A DNA stretch of 64,000 nucleotides from Leucoraja ocellata (taxonomy: Eukaryota): the NCBI GenBank assembly GCA_036785375.1, contig JAWMAR010001358.1, positions 62,001 to 126,000 on the forward strand, in the 5' to 3' direction. Position numbers and translations under genes: made by a program. The number at the start of each line of letters is the position of its first letter. Position 1 is the first letter of the stretch. The notes under the pieces are model-generated. The model did no database searches and was not told the origin of the DNA. It worked only from the letters and a program-made list of their open reading frames with translations. Shown in pieces: positions 14,401-29,400 of this stretch.

Positions 14401-17400
14401 CACCCTCTGGAAGAGGACATTTCTCAGGTTCTTAATGTACTTGCCACCTGCGGGCCAGATGATTTTGGGTTACAGGCCGCATTCAGCCCGGGGGCCAAAG
14501 GTTGCCGACCCCTGCTGTATGCTAAACTAGCAGTTCATGTAAGTGACACCCAGCTCCAAAGATTTAAATCAATAATCCTTATACATTTATATGTTGATTT
14601 TCAAATCTTTTCATGAGAAATATATTGGAGTGAAATTCTGATCAGCGGAATGTGACCCAAACTCATGAGACTCGGTGAGAGTTCATTCATTGAGTAAAAA
14701 CACAAGAAACTACCTCCCTGTACTTTTCGCAACGAGACTGGTTATCTCGTTTTGCTTTTGCTTAATTAACATACCTGTATGTAAGAAATAATAATACTCC
14801 TAGAACTAAAAACAAGAACACCCTATATAAATTATTGACATTTAAATAATGTGGTACTACTGGCCTCTGATGGGTACTTACCGAGTCTGAGTTGTCTGGT
14901 TGAGGTAGAATTCCTCGATTAGGAGCACTGCTGTAAGAGTGGAATGTCATTTCCTTGTTGTGATGCCTAAGTGGCATTGATTCATAATCTGGTGGAGGTA
15001 GGGCAACATTTGACCTCTCTGCAAGATTAAGGATGCTGATACTCCGTGCAGAAGCTGTGCTAAACCAAAGACAATAAAAGAAAATTACAAGGTGCTTTTT
15101 TCCATTATCACAGACACATAATACAAAAAAAAATTTAAAAATCTAGTAAACCTTGGTTAGTTTTTACTTTATTATTGCTGTAATGGCCCAGCAGAAGATA
15201 ATTTAACTAACTCCAGATAGTGATTAATTTTATCAATAGCTTTTTGTATGCTATTGCCTTTACTTTCTAATATTAAACATACTGGTCAGAGTGAAACTGT
15301 CTCAAACAATTATGTCTCGATTTTCAGTTTATCTGAAATTTCTCTACATGATCCTCAAGTAATTTTAATGGATAATCGTGCTTGTGAATTAAATGGCTTC
15401 ACTGCCCCTTGAAGGAATTTCATTCAATATCATAATCATTGTGAAAATGATCATGTACAGAGACCCATTGTGTGAGTAATATGTAGTACATGAAGACATT
15501 TAGATCACCCGAATTAACAAAATCTGAGGAAAATTTAACTCCCAGATAGCCAGACAACCCAGAACATGTTGCTTCACCACAAGACTTCATTTTGCACTCC
15601 AATATGGTAGGTTAACCCTCTCCATGTTTGTTCCTGGAGATCATACAAATTAGGGGGAAGAGAGATATAAACGATTACACTAAATACTGGAGTAACTCAG
15701 CAGGTCAAGCAGCATCTCTGGAGAACATAGATGGATGGCTTTTCAGGTCAGGACCCTTATCCAGTCTAAACGTCACTCATTTTTGTTCTCCAGAGATGCT
15801 TCTTGACCAGTTGAGTTTCTCCAGTACTTTGTGTCTTTTTTGTAAACCAACATCTGCAGTTCCTTGTTTCTACATAAATGATGAACGCGGTAGATCAAGG
15901 AAATAGAGTTAAAAAAGAGAGGTCTTAGGCAAAAAAAAAAATACCAACGCCCGCTCTTTGACAGAAATTTCCTATAATCATTTGACTTTTCATATATTTG
16001 CATTGGTAACTTTCAAAAGGAACTTTAATAACAACTCCTTTATTTACGAATAGCTGTAATTGAATGTTAAATTGTTGAGTAAACTATAACACACCCTTGA
16101 GGGAACCAATGGGAAGAAAGTCTCCGTTCTTTGCAAAGAACATTAGGGATGAGCTTGGGCAGATTGCTTTAGTTAGTAAATGGAGAAGCTGTTATTCAAT
16201 GTGCAGCGGTTACTCTTCTCAAATAAAGGTATGGTGTTATAAACACATGTGCTGTTGCAGAGATAGATTGCTTGACACAGAGGCTGTTTAGCACTATTTC
16301 TTACATTGAATACAGAAGATATTGTCTCAAGAAAGCACTTATTTTGTGCATCAGGAGTTACAAAATAAACCAATCACACAGTAGATCCATTTCTCAGGCT
16401 AATTACCAGTTGGGAAGAGGAAACTTTTATGCAGCGTGTTCCCTGCCTGGTACAACATCGTGGAAACTTGTAACATGGATTGCCAAAAACACAATTTCTT
16501 TCTTGATGTGGTTTGATTGTATAGTATAAAGACTCTCCTTGTGGCCCAATAGTCTATGCCAAAATGTATGCTCACCGTAAACTTCATCCCAATTTATTTT
16601 CACTCCAATTTATTTTTCACATGTTGACATTGAACTGGTTATTACAGTGACTAACAGTTTGATCAAAATTGAAATTTGATTTTTCCAGATGCCATTAAAT
16701 AGTAGGATCCTAGTTCTGAGTGGATTTTGTGATTCTTGGAATAAAAATAGATTAAGTAGTCCAATCTTATAAATGTGATACTTCTCTACCATTGCCAGCC
16801 AGAAATTTTCAATCCTATCTTTTAACTATTGATGGAATCATCTAGGTTTCATCAATGAGGCCAAATCAAGTTTGTAATATATCCCAACATTTGCACTAAA
16901 TTATAGCTAGCAAAGTGCAGCATAACTCTGTTATTCTAGTGATTTATTAATGTAAAAGAAAAACAGGCAAACCAAGGTCCAGCTAAATACAAACTGAGAA
17001 AGGGTTAAGATTTTAAACTCCTCGTGAGAATTACTTATTTAAAACCATGTCCTCATTAACTAGTACAAAGTGTAATATATAATCTAATATTTGTATCACC
17101 AGGAGATTAAAAGATGGCTAGGTATGTCCTTGACATGATTACCAAACCTTCTCAAACAAGCACATGGCTTACTATTTTTGCTGTAATTTTCAAACTGAAA
17201 GCCTGGATTGTTACTTCCGTTGTTGCTTACAGATTACAATATTGTTGCGTAACTTAATGGGAGTTTTCCTTTGACTAGTTGACTCTACCCTTCAATGGAA
17301 TGAAAAACTGGGCATAGCTCACAACAGCCAGCTAGTCTGCCACAGTCTGTTTTGTATCCTGTGCAGATGCATATATTTTGGTAACTGTATAATAAATAAA

Positions 17401-20400
17401 ACGCAACTAAAGGGTCCAACCCAAAATGAGTGATGAACATCAAAAAATCTAGCTGATTTGAAAACATGATAGATGAGATTACAGAAAACTAATAGTTACT
17501 TTGTATTAATTGTGGTAATTGACCAGGAGGGATACTAGTGACCCCAGGTGTGGCTGAGAGGGAGTCCAGAAACCCGAGTGGCAAGAGCCTTGCAAAACAC
17601 TACGTCACAGGTCAAGTGACTTCTATAAATTGTCCCTGGTGTGTAAGAAAGAACCAGCGTATGGGTGATCTCTGGTCAGCGTGGACTTGGTAGGCCGAAG
17701 GGCCTGTTCCCACATTGTTTCTCTAAACTAAACATTTGTCCCACTGTGTCGTAATCAAGCTTCATTCTCCACTCCATCAAATGATATTTAGATTTCTCAC
17801 ATCATCCACCTATGCAGCCTCTCAAAAAGTGAATCACCGGGATTCGTCCAGTGATGCAATCTCAATCAAAATACAAACTGCTGAAGGAATTCAGTGGTCA
17901 ACCTGACCTATTGTGTTCCTTCAGCAGTTAGTTTTTTGCTCAAAGTTCCGGCACCTGCAGCCGCTTGTGTCTCCTTGGTCTTTCACCATTTGGAAGACGT
18001 ACAACTCCAGTTCCTTTCCATTCTTTCAGTTTGAAGAAAGGTCTCGACCCGAAATGTCACACATTACTTCTCTCAAGAGATGCTGCCTGTCCCACTGATA
18101 TACTCCAGCATTGTGTCTACCTCCAGTTACTTTCACCTCTTTGCACAATATCTCTCCAATGTTTGTGCACACATTAAAAACTAACGTCCAAAATTATTAT
18201 CCCACCACTGATGGGCGATAGTAGAAAGCCCTGAAGTTTAAGATGTAAAGTTATCTGGTACATTAAACTTCGCTTAACTAATAAAAGGCAGAGAAGCAGA
18301 ATATTTAGTGTTATCCAAATTACATATTAGTACAGCTGACAATGAAGAACATGAAGAGAGACACAAAAAGCTGGAGTAACTCAGCAGGACAAGCAACATC
18401 TCTGGAGAGAAGGAATGGGTGACATTTTGGGTCGAGACCCATCTTCAGAAGAACGTCACCCTTTCCTTCTCTCCAGAGATGCTGCCTGTCCCACTCAGTT
18501 ACTCCAGCTTTTTGTGTCTGTCTTCGGTTTAAACCAGCATCTGCAGTTCCTTTTTACACAATGAAGAATATAAAATATTCACAGCTATTTTCAATATCAT
18601 CTCTATACTTATAAAAATCTCATCTTGTATGTGGATTTGTGTGTGTATAATCATATCTTCTCGAAAAAACGACACGGTAACGGTAAAATTTTAACACATT
18701 CCGGTAGACATTTTTCTCGTAGTCCAAAAATCACCTTATCTGAAAATTTAATGCTTTATTTCTCGAGTTATTAGTGAAAATGTTCAAAAATCTGACAAAA
18801 CTTAGAATTTAAAATGACTGTCTTTCGCTTTTGATGTCACAATGGGTCTGCGTGCCTTCTCCCTCGCGCTGCAAGTGATGTCACCCCCCAACCCTCCCTC
18901 CTCCCCGTTATTGAAAAGACGCGGCTGGGGATGAAGTCGGGCCCTGGACTGAAAACCAAAGATCATAGCTGATGACTGCGGTGGCCCAACTTGCGGTCCT
19001 TTGGTCGACGCTCGCCCGCCCACTCGCCGCCTCACTCGGGGTCCTCGTGTTGACGCATGGTGGGGAGGTTGCTGCTGCTCTCTGCCTCTGCCCCGTGCCC
19101 TCTGCACCACCCTCCCTCTCCCGCTGTGCCTGTGAGTTGGGGGCTATGCATGAGTGGATAGGGAGGGGGATGGGGTAAATGAAGTAAATGAATAATATTA
19201 ATATATCAAGGGGGGTGGTTAGTGTGTGTGTGTGTGTGTGTGTGGGGGGGGGTGGTTAGTGTGTGTGTGATGCCGCAGGCCACCTCCCCCGCGGCCGCTT
19301 GTTGATGGGATGGGACCCAAAGGGTCCCACTAGGTCTCGTAGTATTTAAAAATGAAAATCTGAATTTGTGAAAAGTTCTACTTTCTACTGGGCCAGTGTT
19401 AATAATATCTAAATATCAAATTCCAAATTACATTATTATGAGGTACAATTAGACCAAATGATTTATGGCTACAAGAGAATATTACTTCGACTACTTTTAA
19501 CATAGATATCAGAAGTCTATTATGTGATAGTCAACCTCATGGCAGCCATAAAAATGCAAGATATTTATGAACTTAACTGACCAGAGTGAAATAAAAGACA
19601 TAGCAACTTCAACCACTGTGCAACACTTCCATGAAATCCTGAATCCATGTTTGCAATACAAACCTTGGTCACTGAATACAAGTGATTTACAAAATAAAAT
19701 CTTGCCTCATGTTCAAATCCCCATGGTTGACATATTATGAAAATTAAAGAGCTGTTTCTCCCTGGATAATGAAAGTTTACCTCTCCAGGAAATGGATGAA
19801 ACCCAGAAAATAAGGCACCAAAAAATAAATATTTCAATTTGACATAGAGATCAATCCATCACATTTAGAAAATTCCATTCTGAAATTTTAAATAGTCTCA
19901 AAGAAAAAATAAATACAATATGTAGAATCAGTGACAGAGAACCGTCAGTGATGACAACTACACAGTAATTATTGTGAATCAATAACTGCCTCATATAGAT
20001 AATTAGTTGGAATCAGGGACTTCTGTTGTGTGAATAAATGAGGAAAGCTGGTTTGAAAGTAGAGGGGGTTTAGGAGAGATTTAATAAAAATACTTAAAAT
20101 TATGAGCAGATTTGAAGGGGAGACACAAATAGGATAGATAACTTGGGGGTAGAGGAAGGTAGAGAAAAAAGGGAATTTGTTTTTAAGAATGTAAATTTGT
20201 GATCTGGAATATATTACTTTATAAGGACAATGGAGAAAGTGTCAACATTCAACAGCATTGAATTGAATACTCAATAGGGGAAAAATACAGAGCTATGTGG
20301 GGGGAGGGGGGAGAAACATAGGAGAACTAGATTTATTTTCCAAAATAGCCTGCCTAATAGCCAAATGCCCTCTATAATTTGTGATTTAAACTCATGCACA

Positions 20401-23400
20401 GTAGAATGCCATAGGAACACGGTGGACAGCAATCAGAGTTTGCACATCACATCTATCAAAAATAATGTGTTTTGTTCCTCACTGTATTATAGAAAGCACT
20501 GTGGCTCTGCTAGCCAATAAGAAGCAGAGCCTACTGTAAGATTAAATCAGCTTAAATAACATTACAACTAGTTATAAGACTTTTGTAAAATTCATGGTCC
20601 TTTTTATTATGGTCCGTGTTTCTAAAGATTATTCCAAATACCTTAATTCATTGCTTTAGCATGCAAACAATGTTGTTTCAAAAATTCCAACATTGTTTAT
20701 GCCATCTAAGTTTACTCTATCAGGATTTACTTGAAGAGTTGGAATCAGTTTAACCGGAATGCACAATTGAAAGAATACAGGAAGTTTGACAATTTTAGTA
20801 TGACAAAGTATAAACTCCTTGCAAATTGTTGTTTCAGAGAAGTTGCTTTAGAATTTGTCGATACTGCTACCCCTGCTTTGAAGCTCAGAAAGCATGTATA
20901 CAAGTAATGCAATTGCCCCACAGAATACTTCATACATATGCCTTCACATACTGAGTGGAAGCATAGGCTTCATAGCTTCGTCTCTAGGTATGGGCAGCAA
21001 GTGGTTGGAGACCTGCTGCTTAACAACTCGAGTAACTCAGATTCAATCCTGATCTCTAGTGCCATCTGCTTGGAGTTTGAACATCTGCCCTATCGCATTT
21101 ATGGCAGATTCAGCAAATCTTGGGCAGGTGGGGGTCGGCCTGGTAGGCCTGCCGGGTAGCAGCACCTCGGACTCGTGAGCTACTGCTGATCCGACACTTA
21201 TTGCACTTCCAAGGGCAGCTTATTAACTGCCCATGCAAGAAATGTAGGTTTTGCTGTAAAATAAATTTATATTTAATATTTGTTTTACTTAAGCTCCCAG
21301 CAGTCCACAGTGCATTATAGACACGGGAAGGATATAATTAGTGGGTCAGAGGTGTATTGGTGTAAAATTATTACGCAACTTCTGTTGGTCGGGTAAAACG
21401 GATAATATAGCAAGGCTCTGGAACCAAGGGTGCCGGAAAATCGGGGGTGCACCTGTACTGGCTGAAATTGTCAATATAAATGACATACACTAGTCATTAT
21501 TGATGGGGTGCAGCTGTCAAAATTGCTTGGTTGGCAGCATTCTCAGGGATCTCAGTCCAGTTAATAGGTTAATCAGGTGTGAAATGAGGGCTGCACTATT
21601 GGACATGCCATCCCTTAGATGCATTATTAAACCGAGGTTCAACTAGCCTCTCTGGTACTATTTAGAACAAAGAATCTATCCTTGGGTCCTGGAGAGAATT
21701 GCTCAGTTCACAGTTATTAATATATATTTGGTGAATATCACACCAGTTTGAGGAAATTTGTGATAGTTGGCAGCTGCATTCCAATATTACAGGAATGAAA
21801 ACACTTCAAATGAGCAGCTTGCTCATAAACTGTAAAGCACTTTGAACCATTCTGAAAGCGACTAGAATGGCACTATTGAAATCAATGTTTTTCTTTTTCT
21901 TTACGTGACTATAATTTCAAATACCAGATGGCATAGATTTAAACTGATTGGCATGATGGTTTTTTTAAAATAAAAAAGCTTCTGGTTGGGCGCATATAAT
22001 ATGAAGGATTCAAAAGCTGCATTAAAATACCCATCTACTCACAAGACAAAACTAATGGCAAACATCCTCCACTGCACTTGGATCAATGGTCACTTGTTCT
22101 TCAGCTGAAAAACCCACCCAGATTTCTTAATTTAAATTCCTGCGTGTTGGGGCAGTAACTTTTTGCTGATCTCTCTATATTTGAGATTTCATTTCGAATA
22201 GCTATATCAATTGTTCTTGGAAGATATTTCTGATACCCTTAAAATATATTAATGCACTTGTTGTAACATTCTGTACTATAGCGATCTTGAATTCATTATT
22301 TACATGCAGCAAAGTGGAAGTGCTGGATTTTACCACAATTAAATGTAATAGATGCTTACTTAACACAGATCATTGGGTATGATAACATCATTTCAGGAGC
22401 AGGTTAATTGATACAAGACAGACCTCAAATGAAATGGGAAGAATTTGTATAAAATAATTTATATACATTAACCTTTATATTGATTGATTTTAAATGAAAA
22501 TTGCAGGTTTAGACAAAAATGACATAATTTCTTGTCAAGGATTATACAATCACTTAACATTTTTATTATTGAATTATAAGCCTCAAGAGAAGCATTCTGC
22601 ACAGGTTTTATCATCAAAAGCAATTTTGACCGTAAAAATTGAAAAATTTATGCAATATGAAAGAGTGCCCTCTATCAAGAAAGACAGCGCCTTATATTCC
22701 ACATGGAAAGCTTACAACCCAATGGTATGAATATTGAATTCTCCAGTATTAAATAATACCCCACCTACCACATTTCCCTTTCCAGTTCCTCCACACCCCA
22801 CTGTGCACCCATTTTTTCCACTATCCCACCCCAGTCGCTCTACTCCTTCCCCCTCCTTCGCACACTCATCTCCCATATCAGAGTCCCTAATTTTTCTTTT
22901 ATCCCCCCCCCCCCCCCTTTCCGTTCCCCTTCTACCCAAATACCACCTTCTGGCTTTGCATTTCATTCATCCTCCTCTCCTTATCCAACACCCTTTTGTT
23001 TTATTATTTGGCAAAAGGCATATCAACCTTCCTCTTCACCTGTATCCATCTATCCCTTGCCAGGCTTTGTACCATCCCCACCGGTTTTCCAGCTCCCCAC
23101 CCCCCCCCCCCCCCACCCCTCACAGAGATGCTGCCTGACTTGAGTTCCTCCAGAACTTTGTGTTTTGTCCAAGATTCCAACATCAGCAGTTGCCTGTGCC
23201 TCCTCCTTGCACAAAGTGGGTCTGACAACTCCCACTGAAGGTTGGGATTGCAGATCCAGATGGCGACTCAGTTCTCTGCCCCGCCCAACTATAATTACTA
23301 TGTCGGATTGTCACAGTACATAGTAAATATGGTCAAAGTCTTCAACTCTTTGAAGTATAATAGTCAATACACAAATAAAAAGAGTGTCTATCTCATTTAG

Positions 23401-26400
23401 GGATTACTGACTATCAGCAGAGATAGATCTGTTGGATGCATTTTCTGAGCCAGGCGACTCAGAATACTATTTCATAGGATATTTTGAGATATGGATGAAC
23501 TACATTGCTCCTTCAAAATGAAGGCATTTCCATCTTTATGTTAATCAAGTCTGTAAAACTTCTCCAAACATTTACCTTCTCCACCTAAATTAGGTGTGAT
23601 TAAATTCTGCCTTAAAGTATTCATTACAAACTGCTGATTCATGATAATGAACTGGAGTTTGGAATAGCGAGAAATCATAGAATTAAAAGAGTAGCAGAAC
23701 TGTTAATTCCGGAGAAGGCCTTCTGCATTCAATTGCAATTAAAATTATTGTAGTTTTACTAAAATTCTGTAGAAAAAAAAACTGTATACATTTCCTGCAA
23801 GCTTGAATCTTAAAGTTGATACAATTGTAATACTTATGTCAGTTTGCACAGAAGATGTGAAGAGCTGCCAAGAAACATTATTTTTAGAAACTCGAAGCCC
23901 GTCGCAAGACAAAGAGAAATTTCTTCACACAGTGTGGTGAATATTTGGGATTCTCCAGTGCGGAGGGCAGTGGAGGCTCAGTTGACTGAGTTTATTCAAG
24001 ATATTTGAGAAATCAAAGGATACAGGGACAGTGCAGGAAAATAGTGATGAAATAGAAGATTAGACACAACCTTGGTGAATAGCAGAGAAGGCTGGAAGGG
24101 CCAAATGGCCTACTCCTGTTTCTTATGTTCTTAGGTGCCAATCTACAGGGAAAAAAGGGGAATTGTTCAACCCATGTTACCTCCACTCCAGAACTAATAC
24201 CACAACTTTAACTATTGAACTGTGGTACGCAGATGATGTTTGCACACACATAATCCTAAGCAGAGATCCAAAATAATATTGACTTATTTGTTGATGCATA
24301 CCAGAAAAATTACCTTTCTAAGTTCTAAGATATGCAAGCATTAAATGACTAACAAGTTGTGAAATAAATACTTTCTGCAGTTGCTTAAAACTGGAAGTAG
24401 AAATTTATACTTATAGAAAAGAAAATTGTGAGATTTTTTTTCCTAACACGAAAGGTTTCTAATACTACATTTCCTTTAACATGTATTACCTGAGTGCAGG
24501 TGACATATCTGGAGCTTGTTCTAGTGGCCTGGTGTAGGAAGTCGGAAACCAACCTCTCCTGTTCAGAAGGAATAAAAATATTGTAATTAAACCCTTTTAA
24601 ATGAACAAACATCTTCAAGAACAGCATTTTTTTTTGTATTTACAACATTCCAAGTCTGAGCTAGTCTTAAAATTTGACCTGCACTAAATCTTCACATTTA
24701 TTTTTCACTGAATGTGGATCTAAAATTAGCTGTCATTGTTAAAATAGTTCAATGGATTTAGAGGAAGAATTTACTAAATTTCTAGCTTCCTGTGCAAGAG
24801 GATCCTTCAAATAGACTATGAAGACCATCAATGAAGACCATTCAATATCTTTTGACATGACAAAAAGATTTGTAGTTATATAACAGGAATATGACTTTCA
24901 CCTAAGTCTACTGGACATCATGCATAATAAATTGCACTCTCTCTCATTAAGCACAAGAAGTTATAAATTATTCATGCACTTTCTGTTCATATTTCACCAC
25001 AGTACATTTAATGACCAAGTTGATATAAACACAAACACTGTTGAGGAGCCTATTGCTTAAGTCTTACAGTGAGGGCTTTACATTGTTTTCTAACTTCTGC
25101 TGGATGTTTAGTTTAGAGATACTGCATGGAAACAGGCTCTTGGGTCAACCGAATTCACGTCGACTATCATTTACCTGTTCACACTAGTTCTATGTTACCC
25201 ACCTTTTTCCAACAACTCCTTGCACACCAGGGGCAATTTACAGAGGCAAATTACCTACAAAATCAGTCTGAAGAAGGGTCCTGACCTGAAACGTCACCTA
25301 TCCATGTTCTCCATAGATGCTGCCTGACCCACTGAGTTACTTCAGCATTTGTCTTTTATCGTTATCCAGCATCTGCAGTTCTTTATGTCTAACCTATAAT
25401 TCTGTATGCCTTTCTCCCCCACCCCCCTCCCCCCGAGGAAATCCACACGGTCACAGGGAGAATATACAAACTCCACACAGATAGTACCCAATGTCTGAAT
25501 CGAACCTGGGTCCCTGGTGCTTTAGAGCAGTAACCCTACACTGCGCCGCCATAACGTTACAGGAACATTTCCTAATGACAGTTCAAATGGAAAAACTCCA
25601 ATTGTATCTTTATAGCCTGTGAAATCTTAAGTTAACATATTAATGCAGATCAACCTTTTCTTGATTTATAATACATAAAAAATTGTAAACAAATTATTAA
25701 ACTGTATGCTTTGTGAACTACTCCACTAAAACACCTTGAACAACTGAAAAGCTAAATGAAAATATAGCAGCTGCAAATCTGAAATAAAAGCAGAAAAATG
25801 CTGGAAATATTCAGTAGCTCATGCAGCATCCATGGAGAAAGAAACAGTTAACATTTTAGATTGATGACCTTTCATTAGGAACAGGAAGAAATGGAAAGCA
25901 TGTTATAAATTGTATGAAACCGAAAGACGAGAAGAGGGAAAAAAAGTTTTATGTAACCCATAGACCACCAAACTGAATAATGAAAAGGTAAGTGCTGCCA
26001 TTTGAGAGAGGGTGGTGAACATTAGTTAGTTATGGTTACACAAAAAAGCTGGAGAAACTCAGCGGGTGCAGCAGCATCTATGGAGCGAAGGAAATAGGCA
26101 ACGTTTCGGGCCGAAACCCTTCTTCAGACCCTTATCTGCAGTTCCCTCTTAAACAGTTAGTTATGGTTGATCAGTCCAGATTTAAGAAGGACGTGAAGGA
26201 TAACAAAGGAAAGAAAAAATGTTGAATTGTGTAGATAATACAGCAGTTTCTACTTGAATGTGGATCAGACAGGATGTGTGGAGAGAGAAAAAAAAGTTAA
26301 CAATTCATAGAGATACTTTCATGTATATTTATTAAGAAAAAATTGTCACTCTATTGACCAAGCAAATTAGAATAATTTAACTCAGACACCAAATTGGCAG

Positions 26401-29400
26401 GGAATCTTGGATATTACTAGTTTGCTCCTACAGATGCCTTGCTACACAAATTCACAAGACTGAATTGAAAAAAATCTCCATGAGTAGATTAAAATCAAAC
26501 ATTGCTATACTAGTTTTAAATAAAGAAATTTTATTTTGTATAAATAAACATCATGAACCCCTTTCCACGGTTTTACATTTATGGTCCTAACCATCCAATA
26601 TAGCAATTATTCATTCAAACCTATCAACATCAAAAAAACAGATTATGTTTATTGGAGCTTGAAACATCTGTTATGTGCAAACTGGCCACCATGTTTCTCA
26701 CTTTAGAATAGTTACCATCTAAAGGTTAACTGTAAAGTATTAAAGATAACTTGTAACCACAATAAATGCAAGTCTTTCGTTTTTTTAATCTTGGTAATAC
26801 ATGAATAAGAGTTGCTATGAAACAGGCCATTTTACATGAACCTAAGCTTCCAGAAAGATTAAACAATACAATCCTCACTTTTATCCTATTTGTACAATGT
26901 TGATTTTTGCTTTAGTCCAGAATTAGTCACAATAGGACTACATTTTCACCATGATCAAGAAACAATAGCAATTTTGGTACAAACTGCATCTCCAGTCAAT
27001 TTAGGTTCTGTTGGGATTGTGTTTAGGGAGAAGGATCTCTCGTGTCTCAAGTCCTACATGCCTGAATGGAAATTTAAGATACAGGAAAGGTCCAACTGTA
27101 TTGGCTATAAACTCTCTCTGTTAGGGGGCCTATCTGTTGGGGGTGAGAATGGGATTGAAGTTGATAAAATGTTCTTTGCACAGTGTCAGTTCAAAAGAGA
27201 GATGGCAGGTTACAAAATGCAGTCAAGCTCATTGAGGAGTGAATCAATGTCTGTTTAGTGTCGAAACGAGGAAATGCAGATGCTGGCTTACACAAAAGGA
27301 CACAGTGCTGGAGTAATTTCGCAGGTCAGGCAGCATCTCTGGAGAATGTGGATGTAAGACATTTCAAGTCAGGACCCTTCCTCAGACAGAGGAAGAGTTC
27401 CTACCCAAAAAGCCACCTATCCACGTTCTCCCGAGATGCTGCTTGACCTGCTGAGTTACCCCAGCAGTTCGTAGCTAACTGTTGAATGTTCTTCTACTAT
27501 ATTTTTAATGCATTACCAATATAATAATTCTTATGTTGTAATCATTTAAGGCAAATGAGAACTCACAGTTTGGTTATATCATGTTCTCCATACAGCCAGC
27601 CATCCTTTTCTTCTGGTATTAGAAGTGTTAGTACATCCCCTTCTGAAAAGCTCAACATATTCTTGTTATTTCCTGCAGTGTGTGGAAAAATGCTTTTCAC
27701 TTTTGGCCTTTGAACCATGTTCAGTCCAGTTGCAACAGAAATGGATCTTGATAGACCGATATCCTCTGTAGAAAAAGTACATTAAATTCATTACTGCAAG
27801 ATCTTTTTAATACCGATATCATATCATTGCAACAAATTCAATTATTCAACTATAATTCAATTCAGGGCAATTACAAACTGTAACATAACAAGTTAGTTAA
27901 AAGCGGCAGAATGAATTTATGTAACATGTTCACTTGGCTTGAAATTAAAAGTTTTATAATTTTTTTTTAAAGAAAATGAAAAGTAGGAATTCCCAATCCT
28001 TAAGTTATACCTTAAACTTTTCTGTGCAATTACTTTGTAGAATGAAACAAATAAGCCAAATTTCATTTCAGATAGTTCAAGAGTTTTAAGATGTCTTAGT
28101 AAACAGTATGGTATACTTTAATTTCATTTTCCAGCAGTTTTTATCTTCTATGTTCGTCAACATATACACTAGAAGTCACTGAGTTAACTTCCTGCAAATG
28201 AAATCCACTGTTCCAAAATCATAAAGAAACTAACTGTGATTCCATCCAGCAGAATATTAACATCTGCAGTTATCCAAAACTGCAAGATTTACTTTAAAAA
28301 ACAAATGTTAAGCAAATGATCACGCCCGAGAGGTAATTTTGCTTCACTTAATACCAATTGAAATAATCTTGTATGATGTAATGTGTAGGAAGGAACTGCA
28401 GATGCTGGTTTATACCATAGACACAAAAAGCAGGAGTAACTCAACCGGTTAGGCAGCATCTCTGCAGAAAAGGAATAGGTGACCTTTAAGGGTCAGAATG
28501 TCGGAATGTTTGAAAATAAGTTTCCTGCTGTCACTACAGCTTTTTGTGTCAATTTTCTAGTATTGATGTAATACAGGTAAATTGTAAAATAAACTCAACA
28601 ATCATTATGCAGATTGAACCAGCACATATTCAATCCCTCAAGATCAACAAATCTCTCTGATAATTAGAGATTGGTAATCAATGGTTGATGTACAGGTTTG
28701 CATGGAAATGCACAGATCACATTAATAATGGATCAAGTAGACAAGCTTGCTTAGATTCTACTGGTACTAAGGGGGTATTTATTAGATTCCACTCCTTACC
28801 TGTGGATTCGGTATTTCTCTCAATCGAGGCTATGCGCTGTGCATTTGGGTGGTTGAACATATCTGGCAGAGGACTTTTCTGAATTCTTCCAGGAGGAGCT
28901 GGTGGTATTTTTATATTGTTCTGTAATGTAGGATCATGTACCTGGAAAACCATTATCATTATTTTCTTGCTTACTTAAAATAGTTTGGAATATCTTCATT
29001 AAAACATTTCTGGTTGGGGCATTTCTTCTACACATGATAAAGAACAAGGGCCTGATAAACATCTTGTTAAAAGATGGGAGCTTGGTCACCTTTACTTAGA
29101 AATTATGCATGTTAAAGTGTTTTTTATTATAGTGACCTGACCATGATAACAAGACCCATCTGTACTACATTAATAACTGGGAATATAAATAATGGTATTA
29201 TTAGAAACTAACAAGAACACGATAATTTAGTATTAATGAGCTAACATCACTCCTTAGGATTAGTGCCTGCCTCATTAGGCTCCAGGATTTGGTTAGAGAA
29301 TAAAGTGTAATTAAATTTAAGGAATCCTTCTATAAAGTTTAATAGTGAGGGGTGAGCATGATCTGTACCACAGAAATACCAGAATGAAAAATAAACAAGA

